The notes under the pieces: model-generated
Databases searched by the model: none
What the model saw: only the letters and a program-made list of their open reading frames with translations
What the model was told of the DNA's origin: nothing
In this document: positions 12,748 to 25,560 of the stretch, one piece after another
Numbering within the stretch: position 1 is the stretch's first letter
How the letters are laid out: every line of letters starts with the position of its first letter
Made by a program: the position numbers and the translations under genes
Assembly (NCBI RefSeq): GCF_006345805.1
Contig: NC_043020.1
Location: 20,708,001-20,772,000, forward strand
Reading direction: 5' to 3'
DNA length: 64,000 bases
DNA from: Octopus sinensis
Lineage: Eukaryota

Positions 12748-12829
12748 GTTGCTGTGGTGCTAACACACATACACACGCACAGGCGTACGCTTGTACACAG
12801 ACACATACTCACACCTCTACCTGTCTTTA

Positions 12830-14950
12830 CTCCTCCTCTCTAGTTCTCCCTCGTCTTAACTGATTTCCTAGTCTATCTTTCTTCTCCTCCCTCTTTATCT
12901 TACTTCTTTCTCTCTCTCTCCCTTACTCAGCAACTCATTTTTTTCTTTGATTTGCTGACTATCTATTTCACTCCCCTTCTCACTTCTCTTACTTTCCTCT
13001 CTATCTCCGATAATCTTTATTTTACTTTAGTCTGTCTATCTATCTATCTCTCTCCATCTCTTTTTTTCGTCCTCCTCCTTCTGTCTGTCACGCTCTTTCC
13101 TTCATTTCACTAATATTTATCCCTTTTTAATCTTTCCCTCTATCTATCACCCGCCATCTCTTCTCACGATCTGTTTTTAGTCTTTCTTTCTCTTCTATTC
13201 CTCACCGGTTTATTTCACTCATTTTAACTCTGTTTTATCACTCTCTCTTTTACACACTTCCCTCTGTTTTGTTATCTACCTTTCTCTTTTTTGCCTACTT
13301 TCCTTCGCATTCCTTATCTTCACCTCATCCTTTCTCTCCTTCTCTTCGTCTTTCTCTACATATATATTAAATCACTAATCATTTCTTCCCTTATGCACAG
13401 CTTCTTTCTCCGTTTTTTTCTTTTCACTCACTGTCAATAAGATTTTTTCTTTTCTTTTCTCTCTTTTTCTCTCCCCCTATCTCTCTTTCTCTCTCCTTAC
13501 AACCCATCGTTGACAGCTTTCTCTTCTTTTTTCTTCCCCCTCATGTGTAATTGAATCATTTTCGTTTATTTGTCATTAACTCATTCTTCCCCGGCTCTCT
13601 CTCTCTCTCTCATTCTTTCTATCTGTCTCACTACCTTTCAGATACATTTCCTTCACAAATTAACTGGTCTTTTTTGTCTTTATTTCAGTAACTTTCTATT
13701 TTCATATCTCTTGTTCACTCTTACTTCCATCACCTTCCCTCAGTCTTCCTTCTCTATGCTTTTTGATTTTTTCCTTCTTTCCGATCATTTTTTCACTCTT
13801 TCGCTCTCCGTCTCTATCAATTGCCTTCTAACCCTTTCCCTTCTGCAGACTCCTTTACGAACATCCATCTTTCTCTGCTTCATTTCTCTTACGTTTTCTT
13901 CTTCCTTTCTATCTCATTCACAATCTGCTTTTCACTTTTTAATTTAATTGCTACTGCTTCCTCCTCTTTCTTTCTCTTCATCTTCATTAAATTTTTCCCT
14001 CTGTCTTACTCTCTTTCACAAGTACGATCTTGAACCATTTACTCACCCTTCCTTTACCTTATCAAGCCACTCAATATCTGTATCGTCTCACCTTCTCTTC
14101 TTTTATTTTTCTCTCATTATATCTTTCTCTCTCACCAATTCAATGTCCATGTTATCTCACACACTGTCTCCTCTCGGGCATTCCCTGTATTCCCTATATT
14201 TATCTTTCCTTCATCTCAATATTGCCAATTTTCATTTACTCCCTAACTCCTTTTATCTCTTTCTCTCTCTCTCTTTACCTTTCTTTTTCTCGCTTTCTTT
14301 CTCCATATTTGTTTCCTTCTTTCTTACACTTCTCTCCTCCACCCTCTATATTTCTGTCCCTTTTTCATGCTTCTTCTTCCCATTGCTCCCTCTCTCTTTC
14401 TTTCTTTGTGCTCTTTCCTCGCGTTTTTGTTTCTTTCTCTCTCTCTCTCCCTCTCTCGTCTTTTCTCTTTTCCTTTCTTTATTGTTTATACTCTTTCTTC
14501 CTATCAAACAGATACACATACACACACTTTCTTTCTCAAACATTTGTCTCGCATCTCCCTCACCCTTGTCCTCTTTTCTATCTCTGATTCTCTCTGTCAT
14601 TCCTGATCTTTCTCTCACTCTGTTCTTCTCTCTCTTTTTTTCTTTCCGTTTATTCTTCATACAGAGCTCCATCGCTGCATTTCGTAATCGAATCCTTTTT
14701 TATTCAATGTCTCACAAACACATTCCCCTACATCTCTTCTCTTCACTCTTCTGATACTGTATATTTCTGTCCCTTCACATCCTCTCCCCCATTGCCTCTC
14801 TCTCTCTCTTTCACACACACACACACATAACTCACACTCTCCCCTCTCGCTCCCTTTCTTTTTTCCGCTATCTTTTCCCTTACACATTATTCAACACATG
14901 GATTATTTTACCTATTTTGTTGTCCATTCAAGCAAACATTCTTTTACTTT
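12830..14950 (+). repeat. About 2.1-kb aperiodic pyrimidine-rich (CT) tract
   Basis: Strong C/T bias on the + strand without a fixed period; source of the L/S/F-rich ORFs at 13570-14754. Confidence 0.85.
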
Positions 14951-15210
14951 CTCTCCACACACATAACTAAGAGAGACATGCACCTACTGTCGAATTTTTT
15001 AATCACCATTCTGGTAAATGAATGTGTATGCAACGCTCCCCGACTGCTTCCCACCCACCTTCCAATATTGTACCGTGGGGTGGGGGAATATAGTTGTTGA
15101 TGATGGCGAGCAGAGCAGAAGGGAAAAGAAAGGATTAAAAAAAATTAACTTAGCAAACTAAAAGCAAATGCTTTTGTTGTTCTATTTCCCCTAAGCGCTG
15201 ATTCTCAGCC

Positions 15211-15260
15211 ATGCTATATTACATTTGTCCCCAGGCCGAATACTGTCTGACGTCACGCAG
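15211..15260 (+). CDS. Candidate first exon of an unidentified plus-strand gene (MLYYICPQAEYCLTSR...)
   Basis: gccATG at 15211, open to CAG|gtaagt donor at 15261, CpG-retaining context. Could equally be a non-coding 5' exon. Confidence 0.35.
15248..15255. promoter_or_regulatory. Full palindromic CRE (TGACGTCA)
   Basis: Exact 8-bp match with intact CpG inside the candidate first exon; function unproven. Confidence 0.3.
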
Positions 15261-17479
15261 GTAAGTTTATAGTTGCTTTTGCACGAAGGTACATATTTGG
15301 GGACTAGTGGGTGGGAAGGGGGTGGAATTTTGTATTTTCTACGCTTTTAGATAAAAAATTTTATTTCATTTTTAAATGAGTGAAGTACTATGAGAACGTA
15401 CGTCAGCAACGACGATGGTGATGCTGGTGGTGGTGGTGGCTACGACGACGATGATTAAATGTCTTCACACTCTCTGCTGCCATGCTCACCTTATCACCAC
15501 CCATTCAATACAAAATGGGATAAAATTGCCTCGACTGTTTAAAAGCACATTAATGGATTTGGTTGCTTTGAAATGTAAGAGGGATGAAATGTTGAAAGGA
15601 ATGTGCACCTACCTCATATGTACATTGTATGCAACTTTTACAATATAGATACTAACAAATGATACCTAGAACCAAAGATTTAGGGATTAGCTCAAGACCC
15701 AATAGAAAATGATTCAGAGGACCTCACTAAATTAATTTTACTAAATGGAACATTTATAGATTGTAAAATAAGAGACAGAATTGTAAGGTATCCAGAGAAC
15801 TTTGAAATTCAGTTTTCAAATTTTATGAAGAAACATTTCATTCAAGTATATCAATAATTCACTCACATAAGTGTATGAAGGCATGGTAAAAAGGTTTTAG
15901 GTTCAATTCTTGGACTAGGAAGCATGTTGCGTTTGTGAGCAAAGCATTTCATTTCTCTCAGCCATAATAAATACTAGCTGAATGCTGGTACAGCTCTCTC
16001 TCCCTTCAGCTGTTACAACCTGGATGTTCTGCATGATGTGACAAGCTCAAGAAAATGTCTGTATCTTCTTGTAACTATAAAAACACTTAAAACAATTAGC
16101 AAAAGCTGGGTATAAGCTACAAAACCTTACTTGTAAGTGAAGGCTGAATGTACTCGAACAAATTTAATACATTCATAGAGGATATTGGTTGGCAGAATCG
16201 GTTGAGAATCAGATTAGATACTTTGTGGTATAGCTATGTCTTTATGTTCTCCTAAGTTCAAATCCACCCGAGCTCAGCCTTGCCTTTTAAACTTGTGGGG
16301 TTGAAAAAATAGGTACTAAACAAATACTGTGATCAAACTGGCTGATTACACCAAAATTTGTGGCCTTTGCACTTGTGTTAGTTGTTAGAGTACAGCCCTA
16401 CTGGGGTACCTCTTTCAAGGCCCAAAGTCAGTCATACTAACCCCAGTACTTATGCTAATCACAATTGGTCATGATTGATACTTATTGATCACAATTTGTC
16501 AATCTACTAAGTTACAGGACAGACAGTGATACAGTTTTTCCAGTAGTATCAATGAAAAGAGAGACAGAAACAAGTACACATACACATGTACACACAAACA
16601 TTTGTTTATATGTACGCATGAATATATACATGTGTGTGTGTGTGTGTGCACACACACACAGAGCCTATATGTATAAATTTAGACTATACAGCATCCTTCT
16701 GCTCAATTTCCATCCATTGATTTCAATCCCAATGTGTTAGTCAACCTGAAACCATAATAGAAAACATTTGTCCCAGATTCTTTGCTGTAAGACCAAACCT
16801 GAAATGATGTAGTTACAAAATGAACAACACAACCTTGCTTGTGTTTATAAAGTATGTTATAAATCATTATTTCCAATAGATGACAGAATAGAGTTTCAAA
16901 CAAAAGTTATTGAGGTACTTATTCATTTCTTATCATTTGGAGTTAATTTTACTGGGTCATCTTTGCCTTTCACTTCTTGGAGTTGTTAAAATACTTACCC
17001 GTCAATCAAGTATTGGGATTGATTTAATCTACTGTTCCTCTTGAAGCACCTTTGCCTATCATCCTTTTAGAGATAATTAGGTAGTACCAGTCAAGTACTG
17101 GAGTCAATTTAGCCAACTTTTCCCTCTTGAAAATTTGTGATCTTTTATTTATGTTAGAAATCATTATTAATACCATAATATATGGGTGGTAGTTTTGCAG
17201 GGTAGAAAAAACATAGGATAGAATGCATTGTAGTATTTAGTTATGAACTTTTACATTTTGAGATCAAATCCCAATGAAGTCAATTTTGTCTGTCATCCTT
17301 CTTTTATATCCTAGAACTACGTGAAGTGCAAAGGCCACAAACTTTGGTGTAATCAGCCAGTTTGATCACAGTATTTGTTTAGTACCTATTTTTTCAACCC
17401 CACAAGTTTGAAAGGCAAGGCTGAGCTTGGGTGGATTTAAACTTAAGACAACATAAAGACATATACCACAAAGTATCTA

Positions 17480-20240
17480 GTGATGCGGAGGTAAAATCAA
17501 TGTTTTCACACAACATACTTCGCAAGATTCCAAAACATAAGCACATTATCACATATCAAATACAAATTCAAAACTGTTACATCCAGCCACATGTATTTTT
17601 TTTATTTGTTTCTTCTGATCACAATATTTTTTCATTTTTATGATAAACTCGTCCATCTCTGCCTTAATTTTTATTTCCTCCAATGTCACAAGCAATTCTC
17701 GTACAACATTGCACAATATATTTTTTTATTTCCTTTTCGGCTTTTAACACCACTATCACTGTGTCTTCTGGTGGTTCACTGTATTTTGGTATTAACCTTG
17801 ACAAACCTTCTGCATGTCCCAATTTTTTAAATGGCAAATACTCTATTTTGAAGTCATAATTCAGTAGGATCATTCCCCAGTGCTGCAATCTTTTGACTGT
17901 ATGTGAGGGGATAGATCCATAGATTGGCAATAATGGGCAGTGGTCTGTCTGCAGACAGAACCTTTTTCCATGTACAAATTTATGGAATTTTTTTTACCAC
18001 ACATATGATGGTTAATGCTTTCTTTTCTATTTGAATGTAACTTTTCTTAGCCGACAGTAATGAACTCAAAACATGAGCTACTGCTTTCAGGCTACCATCT
18101 TTATATTTGTGTAATATAACAGCTCCAATACCACTTTTACTAGCACCTGATGCCACTACTATTTCTAAATTCGGATCAAAATGTGATAATGACAATTCCA
18201 ATATTAAGATGTATTTAATTTCTTCGAAAGCTTTTTGGCATTTTTCTGACCAGTTCCACTTAATGTCTTTTTTAACAAGTTATTCAGGGGTGTTCTTAAA
18301 TCATGCATATTCAGTATGTATACCTGGTAGTAATTTGTGAGTCCCCAAAATGCTTGTAACATTTTAATGTTTGTTGGGGAGGTATGTTTTTTATTGCACT
18401 CACCCTAGACAGGTCTGGTCTGCTTCACACTTTTCCTTGCTGAGCTTAAACCCATAATCATAATTCTTTTGAAGGCCTTTTCAACATGCTCAGCATGCTG
18501 ACACTGAAATTTACTTTTTATAAGTATGTCATCAAGATAAGCTACAGTGAAATCTGAACCTGCGAGCATAATGTCCATAACAAGTTGGAAAATACCAAAA
18601 GGGAGTCAATTAAATTTATACAGCCCTTCATAGGTATTTATTGTCAATAATTTTGAACATTCCTCATCGAATTTTACCTACAAATATGCTTCAGATAGGT
18701 CCAACTTTGAAAAAAATTTTCCTTCAGACTTGGTAATGGGTAATTATATGGCTTCAAACATTCATTTAATCCTGTTGAAAAATCAGCGCATACTTGGATT
18801 TTATTATTTTTTTTCTTGACATAAACTATTGGGGACACCTATTTTGTGTAATCAATTTTTTCAATAATGCCAAGCTTTTCAAGTCTATTCAATTCTTCAT
18901 TGTCTTGTTTCAATGCGGCAAAAGGTACCATTTGTTTAGGTTCAAATACCAGTATATCATTTTCTTTCACTTGAAACTTCGCCTCTGTTTTGGTGCAAAG
19001 ACCCAATTCCTCGGAAAAATCTACAGGAAAAATTTTTTAATTCTTTTTTTGAATCCTTCAATGTCTTATTGGTACTGGTGGAAGAACCATTCACATTTTT
19101 ACAAAAAAAATTTATGGAGAGATCTGATAAGTTAGATATTTCCATCCAGTCTGTTCCAAATAAATTTGTTGTATTTTTCAACACAAAAACTTAGGCTTTC
19201 AAGGTTTTTCCACGAAATGTAACATCACTCATCATTTTGCCCATAAAGCACAATTTTTTTCCTGAAACGTCTCACGTAATTTTTGAAGTTTCTTTTAATC
19301 TAGGTTTCCCTATTTTTTTCTCCATGTATCTGTATTAATTATCTTGATATCACTGCCCATATCCAATTGTAATTTGATATTCACATTATTCATTTTTATG
19401 GACACAAATTTTCTTTTCTGAGTCACATTTAGAATTTTTGATAATAATACATTCTTTCTAGAATTTTTTTGTTTCACTATACAATGTAAGCTTTTATGCC
19501 TGATTTTTCCACACTCAAAACATTTACAATTTTTAAAAGGGCGATAACTTCTAAAATATAAACCTCAGCATCCATTGTATGGATTTGGTCTTGACGTTCA
19601 CTTTTCCGTTTTCTTATGTGTTTCAGGTTGACACATATGTATCTGAGAGCAATCTTTTTCTTCAATTTTATTTGCATCATGTCTTAAATTTATAATCCTT
19701 TGGTATGCCACTGCCTGTCAAGTTAATTTTTGGTCTTGTTCTAATTTTGTTAATGTACAGGAATGTATATCAGCATCTTTCCTTGCAGCTAACCCTTGAA
19801 CAAAAATTAGACATTGAACAAATCTGGGGTTAATTCCTTTGATTTGAATTTTTCACACTCCCTGTTAATGACCCCAGCATAGGTGACAAAATCTTCATCA
19901 TCTTTTTTAACTAAATTTAAACATGTGTTGAAAAGGGAACTTCTTTCACAGAAAATTCTTGATAAAAACACATCTCACCTGGTTTCTTTGGCAAAATATA
20001 ATTACAGTAGTTTTCATGTTCAGTAGGGAATAAATTTCTGAAAAGTAGTTGCACCTTCTTTACATCATTCCAATTTTTACATTCTTCTTTGAAGATTTCT
20101 TTGTATCTTCTAAAATATGCCGAAAAAGCAGTACCTTCTTCATGGTTATAAATAAATTCTCCCATTGAGTTCGCCATGTCATCTGAAGAGAATGAACCTG
20201 AAGTATTTTCAGACTCCTTCAACATTACTTCCAGTAACTG
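17480..20240 (-). mobile_element. Gypsy/Ty3 LTR-retrotransposon gag-pol remnant, lacking integrase
   Basis: Minus strand: gag-like FSAYFRRYKEIFKEECKNW (19917-20225); RT remnants (AYLDDILI, about 18400-18750); RNase H VASGASKSGIGAVILH...YIQIEKKAL and RLQHWGMILLNYDFKIEY...HAEGLSRL. No LTR recognised. Confidence 0.88.
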
Positions 20241-20247
20241 TTGGTAT

Positions 20248-20445
20248 TGTTCTATATTTAAGGGATGAGGAATTATTACATTCGACAGATATTTGCCCTC
20301 ATCTTGTTTGTTGTTACCTTACGAATGAGAACCAAGGTTCGAAATTTCCCCAAGACACCTGAAGAAGGCTGGAGGGTATATCAGCCAAAACATTATGTTA
20401 ACAACAAACAAGATGAGAACAAATATCCGTCGAATGTAAATAATG
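20248..20445 (+). mobile_element. Non-autonomous hairpin element carrying a minimal hammerhead relic (copy 1)
   Basis: About 45-bp inverted repeats at 20272-20316 and 20399-20445 flank acac CTGAAGA A GGCTG..CAGCC aAAAcaTT. Homologous to 57488-57662. Confidence 0.75.
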
Positions 20446-20605
20446 AGGAGTGGCCGTGTGGTAAGTAGCTTGCTTACCAACCACATGGTTCTGGGTTCAG
20501 TCCCACTGCATGGTACCTTGGGTAAGTGTCTTCTACTATAGCCTCAGGCCGACCAAAGCCTTGTGAGTGGATTTGGTAGACGGGAACTGAAAGAAGCCCG
20601 TCGTA

Positions 20606-20686
<81 letters not shown>

Positions 20687-20904
20687 ATATGTTTGTGTGT
20701 CTGTGTTTGTCCCCTCCCCCCCAACATCGCTTGACAACGGATGATGATGTGTTTACATCCCCGTAACTTAGCGGTTCAGCAATAAGTACTGATAGAATAA
20801 GTACTAGGCTTACAAAGAATAAGTCCTGGGGTCGATTTGTTCAACTAAAGGCGGTGCTCCAGCATGGCTGCAGTCAAATGACTGAAACAAGTAAAAGAGT
20901 AAAA
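20446..20904 (+). mobile_element. tRNA-derived SINE, family A
   Basis: Head ggagtggccgtgtggtaag...ggttcagtccc (A/B-box-like), central TA/TG tract, tail actgaaacaagtaaaagagtaaaa; multi-copy in this window. Confidence 0.85.
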
Positions 20905-21584
20905 ATTGTTGTTGTTGCTGTTGTAGTTGTTGTTGCTGTTATTGTTGTTGTTGTTGCAATTGCACTATGCAAGCCAGTAAGTTTTCCATGTTAAAGACTT
21001 TCTTCTTTGATTTCATACCAAGAAAAGAATTTTAACATCCAATGCAAGCTTCGAATATCCCATCACCACTTTTATATCCTTGTTGTTGCCCAACTCTTAG
21101 GTAGTAGTGTTTGTTGCACACACTGTACTAAGCACTCTTGTTAGCACTCTTGTTTTTTGCTCGAATGGTCTTTGATGCAAGTTTTTAACCCCAAGAAGAC
21201 ATCTCCTCTAGCTGGTTAACACTGCACAACTGCATCTGATATATTGTGAGCCGGGGAATCGAACCCCTACCACATTCTAGTGAGAGGACCAACACACAGT
21301 AATTTGAACAACTACCATTACAGCAACTTATGGGTTTGGTGCAAGTTCAACGCAGAACTAACACACTGACTCTTACCAACCTCTTGTCTCAACCAATATG
21401 CTACTCTTTATAAGATTTTGGCTAGTCTATTCAACTATCACCCCACCCTAGCTCTACAAAAATTTCATGATTTATATCTATGTGAGTAATTATTATTAAT
21501 ACCTTAATAATGAAAATTTTGAATTGAATTATGTTCAAAGTATATGAACCATTTATTCTCAGAACTTGTGAATAATTCTTGTTA

Positions 21585-21884
21585 GTCGTGGCTGTGTGGT
21601 AAGAAGTTTGCTTCCCAATTGGGTTCAGTTCCACTACATGGCACTGTGGGCAAGTGTCTTCTGCTATAGACTCAGGTCAACTAAAGCCATGTGAGTGGAT
21701 TTGGGAGATAGAAACAGAAAAAACCCTGTCATATACATGTGTGTGTGGGGGGGGGGATCCTGCCACCACTTGACAACCAGGCTTAAAGAAATAAGTACTG
21801 GGGTTGATTTGTTTGACTAAAATTCTTCAAGGTAATACCCCAGCATGGCTGCAATCTAATGACTGAAACAAGTAAAAGATAAAA
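21585..21884 (+). mobile_element. tRNA-derived SINE, family A (internally deleted)
   Basis: Aligns by eye to the 20446 copy, head to tail. Confidence 0.8.
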
Positions 21885-22449
21885 CAGAAACATGTCTATT
21901 AAACCTGAATATATTCTACTGGCATAAGACTAATTCAAGTGACAACAAGGTAAGCTCTACATGATCCCCTGAATGAAATTTTCTTTTTATTACACTTAAA
22001 ACATAAGGATGGGCAAAAAGGGATGACAAATTAGATGATGGAGTCTAGAGGCTAAGATACACTGTGCTGGAATAAAACAATTGGATGATTATGGCTAGAA
22101 TGTTTTCCATCATACTTCTGTTCGATCAGAGCTGACTTGAGTCTAAACAACAGCAACAACATCTAGTCCTTGGATATCTCTAGCACACCCTCTGTTCTCA
22201 CCTTGCCCATGTTTTTCCTGCAGCTATTGATTCACTGATCTGCATTGGCCGCATCAGTTTCCCCATCATAGAAAGACCTTCAAAGCTAACTCAGAGGCAC
22301 TTCCTCTACTCTGACCAACTTTTTTTTTTTAATGCTTGTGCTAACTAATTAACCAATTAATAAAAGGAATTAATGTAAAGAAGAGGAAATGAAGGTTCAT
22401 TTTGCAAATTGATACCATGACAATCCCAATAACTGATTAGCATATTACC

Positions 22450-23090
22450 CAATGCTATGTTATGTAAAATTCTCATTGAACAAGCAAAGCTTGCTGATTT
22501 CCTTTCAATACTGCTTATAATACCAAACTGGCTGGAGACTGCCTACTTGACTAAAGAGTTCCTATTAAAATTAAAATCTAAATCTCATTATAATATGAAT
22601 GCCACTATTAGATTTTGGTTCAACACCTATCTAATATATAACTGCATGGATAATTTCATTTAATCAAAGTTTTTCAGCTCTTATACGAGATCCTTCCATG
22701 TATGTATTTAGTACACAGAAAACTTCCTTGGGCTATTTTTACATTTCCCTCAGTCATATTGTTGATATTCACAATTAGCACCATTACAGATTTATGCCAA
22801 CTGGTAAATGTTGTGTATAGAATACAATGTAACAAATGCAACAAGTTCTATGTGAGTAGCACAACAAGACCGTTACACATTCGCATCAAAGAACATCTGA
22901 ACACGAGAACCTCCTGTTTCAGAAAACATCTAGACAAATGCTGGAACACTGACAAAAGCATTACCATCACAATTGAGGCCAATGAAAGAAATTTGGGTAA
23001 TCTAAGAATTAATGAAGCTATCCTCATAGACAAACTAGGGCCCAAAATTAACAATAGGCTGGAAGTTGATAATCAATATACTATTTAGCT
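22450..23090 (+). mobile_element. Penelope-like element 3' fragment (GIY-YIG endonuclease)
   Basis: ORF 22702-23088: VNVVYRIQCNKCNKFYVSSTTRPLHIRIKEH...FRKH...NLRINEAILIDKLGPKIN. Confidence 0.85.
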
Positions 23091-23373
23091 ACATCTGAAT
23101 GCGTGTAGGTTCATTTTTGATAACATGCTCATGTATTATTTAAGAAAAATAGAAAGAGGGAAAAAAAAGTAACTGCATGTATAATACATAACTTAGAAGC
23201 AGCGCTGCGGATGAGCCAACACATACGAGGTTGAGACATGGCTGCTCACACACTTCTCATGAGGAATTCTGGAAAGAGCTTCGTGAGACCACTGCAGAGA
23301 TGCTTCTGGGTAAAAAAAAAAATATCAGTAACTGTTGGAAAACCAATCATAGCAGTGATTCAAACAATTCCTA

Positions 23374-23412
23374 GCAATATCTGAAGAAGGAATTTTTGTA
23401 TTCCAAAATATT
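23374..23412 (+). ncRNA. Decayed minimal hammerhead relic downstream of the second Penelope-like element
   Basis: CTGAAGA A GGAAT-ttttgt-ATTCC aaaatatt; the last block equals GAAACGTT after CpG-type transitions. Confidence 0.45.
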
Positions 23413-23925
23413 ATTATATCAGACTATAGATAATTAAATTATAACAGTTATTATAGTCCATTGTTTTTATTATAGTGCATTGTTGTACCATTCAAGACAT
23501 ATTTTACAAACAATACATAATGCGTCAAGTGAACTACAATACTCTCCTATTACTTTCCTTATATATATCCCATAGATATATAATGTATATATCAGTGGAA
23601 ACTAATATACTAAACCATCTCAATGTGTTATTCCAAAGAGACAGCTATAGAATCTTTTTTAACATTTCACTAATTAACAAAGAAAAAAAAAATTCTTTTC
23701 TGGACTGGCATGAATTCAAGCAAAGTGTTTTTGAGTGGTAATGAAAATTGTCAATGGATTAATTGAAGTGTAATTGAAGGGCATTTCTGTAAAGGAAAAC
23801 CACACAACACTTCAACCAAAATTAAATCTGATATGAAGTTTCTTAAAAAAATCACTCAAGAAGTTGTTTGTAATGAATTATTTCTTTCAATGTGTTTCAA
23901 CCATATCTCTATGTATATATATATA

Positions 23926-24293
23926 TTCTTTTATTCTTTTAGTTGTTTCAGTCATCTGACTGCGGCCATGCTGGAGTACCACTTTTAGTTAACCAAATCA
24001 ACCTCAGGACTTATTCTTTGCAAGCCTAGTACTTATTCTATCAGTTTCTTTTGCCAAACCACTAACTTACAGAGATGTAAACAAACCAACCTCAGTTGTC
24101 AAGGGACAAATACATACATACATGTATATATTATGTCAGGCTTCTTTCAGTTTCCATCTACCAAATCCACGCACAAGGCTTTGGTTAGCCCGAGGCTATA
24201 ATAGAAGACACTTACCCAAGGTGCCATGCAGTGGGACTGAACCCAGAAGCATGTGGTTGGCAAACAAGCTTCTTACCACAATTGCCACTCCTG
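23926..24293 (-). mobile_element. tRNA-derived SINE, family A
   Basis: Reverse complement of the family A consensus, tail to head. Confidence 0.82.
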
Positions 24294-25194
24294 CACACAC
24301 ACACTCACACACACACAAACACATATATGTGTGTGTGTGTGGAAGCACTCTAAATATATACCATTACTAATTTGGAGACCAATGTTGTATTAACATATGT
24401 CAGTATGTTATATAGTGTTGCCTTAAATATAAATCTGTGATCTTTTTCAACACTATGATTCAAGTAACAAGGAAAAAAATTTTGCAACAGAGTATGACCA
24501 TTCTCTATTTAGATCTAGAAGCTGTTGGCCAAGCAAACGTGTTTCAAGAGAAATATATTCAATAGTCTTTTGTTGTCTTTCTGAATATGAATCCACTGTA
24601 ATCTCCCAAAATACTTATTCTTAAAGTACAAACAACAAAGGCATTTTGAGGTAAATTCCATGCTACTCCTCTTCCAAATTTGAGTCCAATGTAAATTACA
24701 TTAGTAATTCACTTAGGAAGAATTTTGTAATGAATTATTTCAGTGAATGCTTGTATTATTCAATTTTCAAACCACTGCCACCATAGCAATCACATACACA
24801 CCCTCTGTCTACATCTCACTCTATTTCCTTTTCCCAGAGAGAGACAAACAGAGCGAGAAAAAGAGAAATAAAAAGACACTGAAGGAGGAAGAAAAACAGT
24901 TTGATATCACAGTGTGTATCACCACTATCATCACCTCTCACTTTCCCATTCTCTTCCTTTATGGTTGCATTCGCAGTCCTTTTCTGTTCCATTACTTCAG
25001 AGATAGACAGAGACAGAGAAGATAGCAAGAGAGAGAGAGAGAGAGTGAAATAAGGAAAGGATAATTGCTACTTACTCCATTTCAACTTCCTATGTTTCTT
25101 CCCTTTTTGCAGCAGAAAATAGTTGGGGTTTGAAAGAGATTTGGCTGCTATTTCTTCAAAATAAATGTTATACAAACTTTCTTGTGAGATTTCT

Positions 25195-25395
25195 TTTATT
25201 CTTTTATTTGTATCAGTCAGTTGACTGTGGCCATGCTGGAGCATCGCCTTAAAGGGTGTTAGTCAAAGAAATCGACCCCAGGACTTATTCATTGTAAGCC
25301 TAGCATTTATTCCATTGGTCTCTTTTGCTGAACCACTAAGTTACGGAGACATGAACACACCAACATTGGTTGTCAAGTGATGGCGGGGGAGGGTA
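25195..25395 (-). mobile_element. SINE family A, 3' half
   Basis: Reverse complement of the family A tail region. Confidence 0.75.
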
Positions 25396-25560
25396 CAAAC
25401 ACGAGATAAGTTTATATTTTTATTTTTAGAAATATTGTTAAATGATTTTTGATTATTTATAGTTAATAAATGTATCCTTTTATATATTTATTTGAAAATT
25501 AGTATAAATTAAGATAAGTACATTTATTCTATTATTATTATTTTTTATTATTTATTATCT

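Noticed and set aside
13570-14887. L/S/F-rich ORFs and K/R/E-rich antisense ORFs
   Set aside because: Products of the CT-rich low-complexity tract.
23205-23300. Two faint hammerhead-like strings (CGGATGA...GAGACATG; CTCATGA...GAGAC)
   Set aside because: Each needs several core changes and deletions; not distinguishable from chance.
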